NCBI RefSeq assembly: GCF_001194135.2
Contig: NC_068981.1
Coordinates: 43,565,680-43,629,679 of the forward strand
Reading direction: 5' to 3'
DNA: 64,000 nt
From: Octopus bimaculoides
Lineage: Eukaryota
Shown: positions 39,994 through 50,415 of the stretch, one piece after another
How the letters are laid out: each line of letters opens with the position of its first letter
Position numbering within the stretch: position 1 is the first letter of the stretch
Notes under the pieces: generated by a model
What the model was told of the DNA's origin: nothing
The model's database searches: none
What the model saw: only the letters and a program-made list of their open reading frames with translations
Translations under genes and position numbers: made by a program

Positions 39994-40756
39994 GTAGCTG
40001 GAAAGATCTCAACATGAACATTAAGATTTCTTAGAGAGGAATAATCGATTATAAAACAATAGTTAAATTATAGGCTGCTTTAAAAGGAAAATAGAGGATA
40101 ACAGCTACCTGTGATATAGTAGTGACTGGTTAACAAGTTAAAACAGCTCCGCACCAATGAATGACAACAGCAGTTTGGAAAATATGTAGTGAAGGAATGA
40201 ACTGAAAACATTTTGTCATAATATTTTCTTGCTACAAGAGCCAATTGGCATTAGGAAGGAGATCCTGCCATAGAAATCATGACAAAAGCAGTTACTAGAC
40301 CACAATGCTGTCCAACCCGTACCAGCAAGGGACATGAATGTTAAATGATGAAAACAGGAGATGATGATATTTAATTTTCTCAACTTTCATGACACTTTCT
40401 AAAGTTAACATTGTTTTGTATCCAGTGCTTGAATACATGAGATAAAATCAAGAAATGATTAGAATTTGTCATGGTTTGCACCATTAGAAGTCATAATCTG
40501 TTGAATAATAGTTGAAATTTCAGTGGAAGCAATTGATATGACGATGGTATTGTTGATGGGATGGTGCATGTCGATGATAACAGAGCTGATGTTGAAGTTT
40601 AGTCACAGATAAGCTCTGATCGAGTAGACCAATGGGAAAAGTTATTCTAGACATGAATATCTACTCTTATTGTCAGTCATTGCATATCTATATCATCTGA
40701 TAAAGTATTTCATTTTTAAGGCAGTAGCTTGCTATTTCTTGCAGGCTTAATGAATA

Positions 40757-40940
40757 CAAGGGTGTGCTGCAAAGTTCCTGGCTTTGGGTAAAAAAATATA
40801 CAGGAAGTTCAGTTAATTATGACTTCATTCGACATATTCTCCTTTCAGATTCACATACTTATTGTAATGGTCCTTCGGTTTTTCTAAGCCCTTTCTAAGA
40901 ACTTGGAAGTTTGGGTCTCCAGCCTGGCCTTTCTCAATCC
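40757..40940. mobile_element. Mariner-like terminal fragment
   Basis: Starts tacaagggtgtgctgcaaagttcc, resembling mariner-family TIRs; no coding evidence. Confidence 0.4.
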
Positions 40941-41129
40941 CCTTAACTTTCCCAGGAACTTTTCAGTATCCCCTCGAATATACAAGCCTCTTCAAATATT
41001 GGTGGTGATGATAGATTGGCTGCTGTACCTAGTAAGTGCTGATCAAAGAGAGGCTTTCTTTAATAATGATGATGATAAAGAAAAATTTCACTGTTATTTC
41101 TAGTAGAATGAGTGGCCATATAAAAACTC

Positions 41130-42090
41130 CTTTGTATATATATTTTCTCTTGTACTTGTTTCGGTCATTAGACTGCAGCCATGCTGGAGTATGTCCTTGA
41201 AGAATTTTAGTGCTCCTGTGCGAAGAGAGGTGTGTGGTTTGTGTAGCAGTGTCTGTTTTCTTCCTGTAAAGGATAATGTCATGGCAGGGGTTATTAGTGT
41301 GCAGTGTGTAATGTGAATGTGTGGGGTCTGTGTATATGTGGGGATACAATTTGCATGAAAGGGTATGTGTTGGGGGTGGTGGGCGACAGTTTTAGTTTGT
41401 GGGGTGTCTGCTTTATAGAGGAGTGTTAATGAGTACACGAGTGCCTTGGCGTGTGCTTTGGTCAAACCCTTTTTGCTGGGCTCAAGGGCATTGGTGGAAG
41501 GTCGTTTGTGGAAGGTTGAGGCAGAGAACCTGTGGTTACAATCACGGTGGTGTGTGTAGGTATGATAGAATATACTTCCTTTCATGCGGGCAAGGATTAA
41601 ACACCTCACTCCTGCTATTCAGGTTAACATCTGGCCATTGGGTATCTTTTAAAATCACTCTCTTCTCAGCCAGGCATAATCTGCACTTCCTGCTGCTATT
41701 GAAGTACAGTTTGCATCTTTCTAGGATCTTCCACTTTATGCTGTACTCCATGGCACTTTCTGTTAAGTCCAGACATTTTTGGCTAGGGTTGTGGCATTAC
41801 GTCTCCCTGGGATGTTGAATGAGGACTTGTGGTTATTAAAGCAGGTTCAGAAGGGGCCCTCCATTGCTCCCACATACCTCTGCACACTCAGTTGTCCATT
41901 GGGTCCTATTGCTGTTACTTCTGCCTCATAAACAACTGTTTCTGGATTTCAGTGGCCATTCATTGGGCAAGTTGTGTTACCTCTGCATGAGCATCCTGCC
42001 TCAGCCTCAGGTCTGGGCTTACCTACTGAAATCATTTTTACACTAGGTGCACAGCTAAGGGATAATCTCAGGGTATGTCTATTTATTAAA
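41130..42090 (-). mobile_element. Naiad-type Penelope-like element, GIY-YIG domain + 3' UTR
   Basis: NRHTLRLSLSCAP...GCSCRGNTTCPMNGH*NPETVVYEAEV...RYVGA...FNNHKSSF...YSIKWKIL...KCRLCLAEKRVIL...LNSRSEVFNPCPH. Confidence 0.9.
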
Positions 42091-42171
42091 TATTTTGTTG
42101 AATGCATATATATGTATATATATCATTTATATTATTATTTGATTGAACACCACACATCCATTTCTGAATAA

Positions 42172-42199
<28 letters not shown>

Positions 42200-42206
<7 letters not shown>

Positions 42207-42360
42207 AGCCTTCTTTCAGTTTGTGATTATGAAACCCATGCTCGATGCTTTGGTCAGCTTGAGGCTATAATAGAAGACACTTGATCAAGGTGCCATACAG
42301 TGGGACTGAACCTGGAACCATGTTGCTGAGGAGCTAATTTCTTACCACACAGCCATGCTA
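42200..42360 (-). mobile_element. SINE family A, 5' half
   Basis: gaggctataatagaagacacttgatcaaggtgccatacagtgggactgaacc...taccacacagcca. Confidence 0.8.
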
Positions 42361-42564
42361 AGTGGATGTTTTGCAAATTTTATGAAATGTGTTCTTTCCC
42401 AACTGTCAAATTCTTTACATGATTTCTATGAACTTTTGTTCATCATGCTATAAAATTACAGTGCCAAAAACTCATGAATATACTTGACCTCACATAATCT
42501 TCATTACCTATAATCATCAATCTCAATTATCCTTGTCATGCCTCTTTAGTTACTGCTAGTGATG

Positions 42565-42619
42565 CTGCTAGTGTTGGTGATGATGATAATGGAAATGATA
42601 GTGATGATGATGATGATAG

Positions 42620-42650
<31 letters not shown>

Positions 42651-42920
42651 CTCTGACCTACTGACCTTCAGGTTATGAAATTTAATGCATTCATTCATAA
42701 ACATACATTGTCATTACTGCTAGTAACATGACCTCCCCCTCCTTCCTTACCTCCTCCTCTGCCTCCTCCTACCTCCATCGTCGCCACTGTTGCCACCACC
42801 ACCAGCGCTACCACCGCCACCACCACTACCACTGCCACCACCACCACCACTACCACCACCACCACTACCACCACCACCACAGTAGACACTTCACTCATCA
42901 TCATCATCATCATCATCATA
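42565..42920. repeat. (GAT)n/(CAC)n/(CAT)n trinucleotide tract
   Basis: Directly visible; source of the poly-V and poly-H ORFs. Confidence 0.9.
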
Positions 42921-43264
42921 GTCTTCTTTTTGCTGACCAAGTGGTAAGTTCAAACTAATGACTATGTGGTGATGAGATCAATATTAGGACTCTTGGTCTT
43001 ATTTCCCAGGTGTATCTGCACACCCCAACTCATAGTCATACGTAGCTATACTTGCTATAGCTTTCCTGACTAGTAAAATAGATTTCTAACCCTAAAACTT
43101 CGAGGCTGAGAAGTTAGAAACAATAAGAGGCCATTGCAATGAAACAAATTGCCACAACACACACAAAGAAACATCTATTAGATTATGAAAAATCTTAGTA
43201 GCATGATTCGTGAAAATATAAACAAAAAGTCCACCTTACTAGCACTTGTGCTGGTGGTACATGG

Positions 43265-43570
43265 AAAACAACATTCGAGCAAGGGCATTGCCAGTGCCGC
43301 TGGACTGGCTCCTGTGCAGGTGACACGAAAAAATACCATTTGAGCGTGGTCGCTGCCAGTACCACCTGACTGGCCCTTGTGCTGGTGGCACATAAAAGCA
43401 CCCACTATACTTTCGGAGTGGTTGGTGTTAGGAAGGGCACCCAACTGTAGAAACTCTGCCAGATCAGATTGGAGCCTGGTGCAGCCATCTGGCTCACCAG
43501 TCCCCAGTCAAACCGTCCAACTTATGCCAGCATGGAAAGCGGACGTGAAACGATGATGATGATGATGATG
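43265..43570 (+). mobile_element. RTE 3' tail with two modules
   Basis: Matches 29100-29410. Confidence 0.9.
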
Positions 43571-43814
43571 ATATCTCTGATTACTGTTGACATCATCATC
43601 ATCATCATCATCATAATGATCTGGTGTTGTTGCCCCTGCTCCATCTCCCCACTACTTCTACTACCACAACAACAACCACTACTATCACCATCAATTCAAA
43701 CCAACCAAAACAACAACAACTAGAAACACTTCATCAGTTGAAAGTACTGCTGTTGTTTTTGTTTTGCTCCAAGTCAGCTCTGACTCAAAAACATTTAAAG
43801 TTCTATATTTAAGA

Positions 43815-44203
43815 GATGTGGAGTGGCTGTGTGGTAAGTAGCTTGCTTACCAGCCACATGGTTCTGGCTTCAGTCCCACTGCGTGGCACCTTGAGCAAGT
43901 GTCTTTTACTATAGCCTCGGGTCGACCAAAGCCTTGTGAGTGGATTTGGTAGACGGAAACTGAAAGAAGCCCGTCGTATATATATATATATATATATATA
44001 TACATGTGTGTGTGTATATGTTTGTTCCCCCAACATCGCTTGACAACCGATGCTGGTGTGTTTACATCCCGCAACTTAGCGGTTCAGCAAAACAAGGTCG
44101 ATAGAATAAGTACTAGGCTTACAAAGAATAAGTCCTGGGGTCGATTTGCTCGACTAAAAGCGGTGCTCCAGCATGGCCAAATGACTGAAACAAGCAAAAG
44201 AGT
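43815..44203 (+). mobile_element. SINE family A, full length (young)
   Basis: tRNA-like head (gtggctgtgtggtaag; ttcagtcccac), core cctcgggtcgaccaaagccttgtgagtggatttggtagacgg, (TA)n, tail. Confidence 0.92.
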
Positions 44204-44297
44204 ATTATTTACATTCGATGGGCATATGGCGTAGTGGTTAAGAGCCCGGGCTACTAACCTAAAATTCCAAGTTCGATTCCAAGCAGTGACCTGAACA

Positions 44298-44348
<51 letters not shown>

Positions 44349-44486
44349 GCGAAAAATACCTTAGGAATGAGAACCCAGGTTCGAATTTTCCCCAAGACAC
44401 CTGATGAAGGCTGGAGGGTATATCAGCCGAAACGTTGTGTTAACAACAAACAAGATGAGGACAAATATCCGTCGAATGTAAATAAT
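44204..44486 (+). mobile_element. Short non-autonomous element: inverted termini + tRNA-like head + (AAT)n + hammerhead
   Basis: 18-bp inverted termini (44204-44221 vs 44469-44486, one mismatch), A box TGGCGTAGTGG (44227-44237), B box GTTCGATTCC (44271-44280), HHR at 44396-44441. Confidence 0.85.
44396..44441 (+). ncRNA. Minimal type I hammerhead ribozyme, all core nucleotides present
   Basis: gacac-CTGATGA-a-ggctg(gagggtatat)cagcc-GAAA-cg-TT-gtgtt; stem III reduced to the palindrome AACGTT. Confidence 0.9.
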
Positions 44487-44904
44487 GTGAATAATGATGG
44501 TCACACTATTATATTTCTTGAAATCATCTTTTTTGTAAAACAGAATCTTATTTGAGAGTGATTTGGTTGCTATTTGCTAACCGCAGGCGTAGGTACAGAG
44601 AAGTTTTCTTTGTGTTGGGGTTGGTAGTATTATAGCTGCAATGGCAGGAGTGAGTTGTTCTCTTCTCTGGTATGAAATACTGCTAGGTACACAGGAAAAA
44701 TTGTGAGTTACATGTCTTGTTCATAATCCTGGTGCAATATTGTTGGCAAGGCAACTATAGTTGATATTTGGTATGTAGCCCACTATCCTTTTAACTTGGC
44801 TACTCACAAATGCTCAGCATAAGATGAAATAAACTGGATATTCATGCCATTTTAAGTATGTCTAATATTCTTCACATTATCCCCAAAGCTGGGTTTTCTA
44901 TGAC

Positions 44905-45365
44905 ATCATCATCATCATCATCATCATCATTGTTTAACGTCTGCTTTCCATTCTAGCATGGGTTGGACGATTTGACTGAGGACTGGTGAACCAGATGGCT
45001 ACACCAGGCTCCAATCTGATTTGGCAGAGTTTCTACAGCTGGATGCCCTTCCTAACGCCAACCACTCCAAGAGTGTAGTGGGTGCTTTTACGTGCCACCG
45101 GCCAAAGGCCAGTCACTTGAAATGGTGTATTTTACCTGCCACCTGCACAGGAGCCAGTCCAGTGGCACTGGCATTGATCTCGCTCGAATTGCTTTTCACA
45201 TGCCACTGGCACAAGTGCCAGGAAGGCGACGCTGGTAAAGATCACACTTGAACGGTGGTGCCCTCACGATTTTGCTTGCCCCAACAGGTCTTCGCAAGCC
45301 AAGTTTAGTGTCCAATGAAGGAGACGTTGGCATGGAGGTCAGTCGTCGAACTTAGTTCGATTTCG
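44905..45365 (-). mobile_element. RTE 3' UTR
   Basis: (CAT)n-gtttaacgtctgctttcc...; colinear with 29975-30520. Confidence 0.88.
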
Positions 45366-45998
45366 ATTTCATGTCCATGAGTAAAACTGTGGTATGTGAT
45401 TTACTGTCGTTATTGATATTACAACTGTTCACTTTTTATTATTTTTTAATTTATTTCACTATGTTTTTGAAGACCAGTGGATTAATAGAAATAGAAACCG
45501 ATAAAGTTTGATGACATGAAGAGTACCTGACTCAAAAATGTTGCCTCATGCATGTTCTCATCCAACCCATGCTAGCATAGAAAAATATAAGTTAAATGAA
45601 TAAGCAACTGAATGAAGTAACTTTTTCAGACAATCAGTGCCCTGCACACAAACTTCATTTAATTCACAGACTTTTCACTTGTGTTATGCTACTCAAACTT
45701 ACACTGCATCTTTATATGATGAACATTTAAGAGTAAATTCAGAATGTGTAATGTATTCACAAATTCTAATACACTTCAGTGGCAGATATCTTATTCATTA
45801 CTATTTATTCATTACCATATTAAACTCCCAATGGGATATGTTAGGAAAAGTAAAATCATTAGTTATGATGGAAAATAATTTCCAAACAGAAATTTCATAT
45901 TATCTTCTCAATCACATCGATACAGTTCAAATAAATAGCTAAACTTTGAATTAGTGATTTTATATAATTAATTTACATACCATCTTTGTCTATTTCAG

Positions 45999-46109
45999 TT
46001 TACCTTTGTCAGTTAACTTTAAGAGAATCGCAGAAATGCTTCTTAAATGCTTATCTATATAAACTATATCGAAATATTCTTCGAGAAGCACTAAAATTCA
46101 AACAATACT
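45999..46109 (+). CDS. Candidate coding exon (phase 1 to 1)
   Basis: ctttgtctatttcag| YLCQLTLRESQKCFLNAYLYKLYRNILREALKFKQY |gtaaga; 111 nt, good splice sites. Confidence 0.45.
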
Positions 46110-46271
46110 GTAAGAAATATAAAAGAGAAAGAAATATAAATTTAACACAAGACTCATTCATAAATTCATAATCTCTATCATAAAATTTGTTCAATGTTAC
46201 GACTGTAAATTTAGTAGGTATAAAGTTGACAAAAACATGATGCACCATCAGAATTTAAATCACATTCTCAG

Positions 46272-46354
46272 TGACTGAACTGTTAAAGGTTACTCGTTGT
46301 CAAATGTTTATAGCCTTTCTCCTTCAGCTTCTTAGAGAATATAAAATCAAATAG
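46272..46354 (+). CDS. Candidate terminal coding exon
   Basis: cacattctcag| in phase with the previous exon: LTELLKVTRCQMFIAFLLQLLREYKIK*. Confidence 0.4.
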
Positions 46355-47149
46355 AATTTCTTTGATATGCATTCTGCCTGGGAGTGACAGATAAATATCA
46401 TTCTTTTATGTAGTTTGAAACAGCTTAATACCGGTGAATTATTCATGTATTCAGTTAACTGTTGTAAACATAATCCAATCAGTAACATTTCCAAGTAAAT
46501 GGTGCCGTGACAGGAGGGCCATCTACGCAGTTTTAGAGATCACTTATGTAGAAAATATATGGAAACTGGAATGTCTTTGATGATTGTGCGGAGACAAAAT
46601 AAGTAAAACGAAAATAGTGACAACAAACGCAGGGAAGCTAAGAAAGAAAAAGAAGAACAAGAAAGTACTTACAAAACCTTAGAAAATTAATTTATAAAGA
46701 CAGCATTGAAAGTACAATTGTTCTGATAGCAACAAATTGGTTTGAATGTATATTTACTTATTTTTAGCATTCTCTAATTTATAAATTATTTATGGAGCTG
46801 CAAAAGTAGGGGAGGTCCACAAGTGTAAATTTGTGAAACATTGCTAGAATTTAAGATGGAGAAAATAAAATCTAACAAAAGCTGCACATGAATGCTATAT
46901 TTTAATATATGGCTTGAGAGGAAGAAAATGTTGGTGGGGCAGTAGTTTGATGGAGCAAAGACTTTCTGGTATTTAGTTTCATCCATCTGAGTTCAAAATC
47001 TGCTGAGATTCACTTTACAATTTCATTTTCTTATAGAGTTGATAAAATCATCATCATCATCATCACCATCACCGCTGCTGCTGCTGCTGCCGCCACCACC
47101 GCCATCGCCACCACCACCACCATCACCACCACCACCACTACTACTACTA

Positions 47150-47335
47150 TCATCCTCATTTAATGTCTGTTTTCCATACTGACATGAGCTGGATGGTTTG
47201 ACAGGTGCTGGTAAGGTCGGGAGTCACACCAGACTCCATTGTCTGTTTTGACATGGTTTCTATGGCTGGATGCTCTTCCTAATGCTAACCCTTGTAAAGA
47301 GTGAACTGGATGCTTTTTACATGATACCAGCATAT
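47150..47335 (-). mobile_element. RTE 3' tail, diverged
   Basis: catttaatgtctgttttccatactgacatgag...ctggatgctcttcctaatgc. Confidence 0.75.
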
Positions 47336-49814
47336 GTAAGAATACTGGGCATTGACTAATATTGTCTTTTGTTCACAACATGATGATTTCTAATAAGCTT
47401 TGTAATGCCCTGAGCATTAAATATGGCAGCATCTAATTTGACAATTGTTTTAAACACAGACTATGCCTATGTAAATTCTCTCAGTAATTTATGATGTACT
47501 AAGGCCAATCTCTTGTTCACTTGTGCCATAATCACAACTGTCACTCACATTTAAAAAAAAATTACTGTAGGAGAGAACTTCCATTTTTATCCACTATCAC
47601 CTTCCTTTCCAAATGTAACTCATAAAAGTCAGTGGATTTTGCCAAAGAGGAAAGTGTCTACCTTCAGTCCTTTTATTTGTGTCAAACACATAACTTCTCT
47701 CATCACAGCATCTAGAAAGAAAAGAAAAAAAACTTTTATGTTAAAGATGGCAGAGAGATGCTACTCCTTGTTGTGGTCAATTGTAATTTTTTATGCTATA
47801 GTATATTGTTAGCTGGATGGGCAATAGAAAGTTAATTGTCTTTGTCAGAGTGACAGTGCAGTGCCTGTCAGGTGATATGGATGGCTTCCCTTCATGTGTA
47901 AAGCTGACTTTCTTTTAGGTCCAGCTCTTTCTACAGATTTATCATATTATATAATATAAAGTTCACCAAATCATAATTCATAAAGCTAAGCTAGTGGGCA
48001 AGCACATGTTATCACCAGGAGATAATTAAATATTTGAAGTGAATGACAAATGGACTGCAGAATTGGAAGAGTGATTCATTATGGTATTTCATTATGTCCC
48101 TTCTATATTCTGAGTTAAAATTCCACTCAGGTTCCCTTTGCCTTACATCCTTCTTGAAACCAATCAGAAAAAAGTACTGGTGTTGATGCAACTAACTGGG
48201 TGGCTATCATCCAATGTAGGGAAAGCAGTAAAAGAATAAAAAAAATTTGCTTATTAAATTCAGTTTTGAAAATTCTATTAGACTAGTGGGGCCTTTATTG
48301 GGAAAAATCATTTCAGTAGGAAAAGAGAAGGAGGAAATGTATTAGTTTGTTGTGAAAACAGGATATATCTGTAAACTTATGTCAATACACCATGAAAAAG
48401 TACAGTTCACCATTAAAAATAGTATAGAATGATGATGATGATGATGATAGTGGTGGTGATGATGATAATGATGATGATGATGGGTGGTGATGGTGATAAT
48501 GATGAATATCAGTCATCTAGGTCTTAAGGAAAAGTCCTATGAGGATCAAACATTGATAACATATCAGAGAAAGAAGAGACAATATGAGATGAATGGTGTT
48601 TTTTTTTTTTTGCATTCCACTCTCGATTGTATTTCATGCTTCAAGATGATTTTTAGCAGCAGCTTCAGGATTCCAAACCACTTTGTGGTTATATGTAAGT
48701 GTATACATACATACATACATACATACATACACAGATTTATACACACATGCATACTTACATATATATACATATATGTATAGATATATACATACATTATATA
48801 TTATATAATGCATAAAATGTGTGTATGTATATGTACATATGTCTATATATGTATATAAGTGACTGTGTGTGTGTACACATATATATTTGACATATACATA
48901 CACAAACATATATATGCAAATACACACACACATGTGAACATATGCTCACACATACGCACACATGCAAGTATATATATGGTTATGATGTGTGTAATGGCAT
49001 GAAAATGCAAAGCAATTGTGCACAATAATGTGTAGTAACATCTTTCATATTGCAGTGGCAGCAGCTTTGCTTTATATTTTGATGGGCTGTAGCTTATGTG
49101 CATTTTGTAAAGCATAATGTTTACTGCAATAGCCATTCTTTTGTCATATACTCTGCTCATACCCACTTTTACAGCTATGTTAATATAGTGTGCAGAGCCC
49201 TTCAGAGGACAATGAAAATATGCAAAATTATGGCCTATGAAATTATGATAGGGTTGTAGCAGGTAGCATGAGGAAAAGAAAAGAGCGAAAGAGAAAAGAG
49301 AAGAGAACAAGCTGAAGGGTGGAAGACAGAAGGATCAGGCAACAACAACACCACCACCACCAACAACAACAAAAATGCAAAGTAACTAGATACTGAAATA
49401 AGGAGAGTGAATGCAAAGGCTAGCAGTTAAACATCAATGTCAAAACACAGCAAGCGGAAGGAGGTGGCGAAAAAGGAGGAGGAGATTGTGATGATAAAGC
49501 AGATACAATGGAAGATGTATATTAGTAATAAGTGCATGCGTAGAGACAGAGAGAAAATATCAGGGTTCTGCTTAGAAAATTCTATGGATGCTAGCTGCAG
49601 ATGCATATTGCAGTAATAATCTCAGACAAGTTGCTAAGAGGTTGGCAAAATGTATTTGTAACCATTAGTATATTTTATATCAGGATGTATGTGACTTAAG
49701 TGTCAATTGCTTTGTCTATACAGTTCTGCTTATGTACAGCTGTGTTATGTAATTCACTAGTCATTCTATCCAGTGTGCTAATAACAACAACAACAATAAT
49801 AATATTATTATTCT

Positions 49815-49859
<45 letters not shown>

Positions 49860-50164
49860 GGAGTAAGATAATTGAAAAGATAGGAATGCATGTGAAGGCA
49901 AAGCATCCACAGAAAGCAGTGCAAGAACCATATGTATCCTTAGCAGAGTTTTCGAAATCAAATGAAAATATAATACAATAATAAGCTGGTTGGTGTTAAA
50001 TAACAACAGCAATATTAATAATAATAATAATAATAATATTAATAATAATAATAATAATAGGAAAATACCTCAGATAAATGGGAGGGAAAGACAAGACCAA
50101 TACATGGAGGTGGTTAAGGTAAAGTGATCTGAAAGGATGCACTGTGGCATCGATTTGCAACACT

Positions 50165-50415
50165 CTGGAATAAGCTTCGAGAACTAATTACACCAAGTTT
50201 CAAATAGATAAGAATGTTGAATCACCCTTTGTAAGTTGTGTGGCATCAAAAATGAGACAGTCTCTCACACTGGCTGTAAAGGAATATAAAAGGAAGCATG
50301 ATAATGTACCTAGGTATGTTCACAGAAGACTGTATGAGAATTATGGTCTTGAAAGAACATTTAAATGGTATGAACATAAACCAGGAGGTGTCACCGAGAA
50401 TAATGAGTATAATGC
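50165..50415 (+). mobile_element. R4/Dong-type LINE fragment (zinc knuckle region)
   Basis: LRTNYTKFQIDKNVESPFCKLCGIKNETVSH..LAVKEYKRKHDNV...KWYEHKP. Confidence 0.85.

Noticed and set aside
44220-44292. Functional tRNA gene
   Set aside because: A and B boxes are present, but acceptor and anticodon stems do not pair well and it is embedded in a repeat; treated as a SINE-like head. The same applies at 30777.
46004-46446. Minus-strand exon chain MNNSP / KLKEKGYKHLTT / MLLEEYFDIVYIDKHLRS
   Set aside because: Phase-compatible, but it needs a weak donor and skips a stronger acceptor, and it overlaps the better-supported plus-strand exons. It shows how easily chance chains arise here.
47607-47712. 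Minus-strand exon-like segment with strong acceptor; also 51440-51510
   Set aside because: No recognisable homology and no consistent downstream chain.
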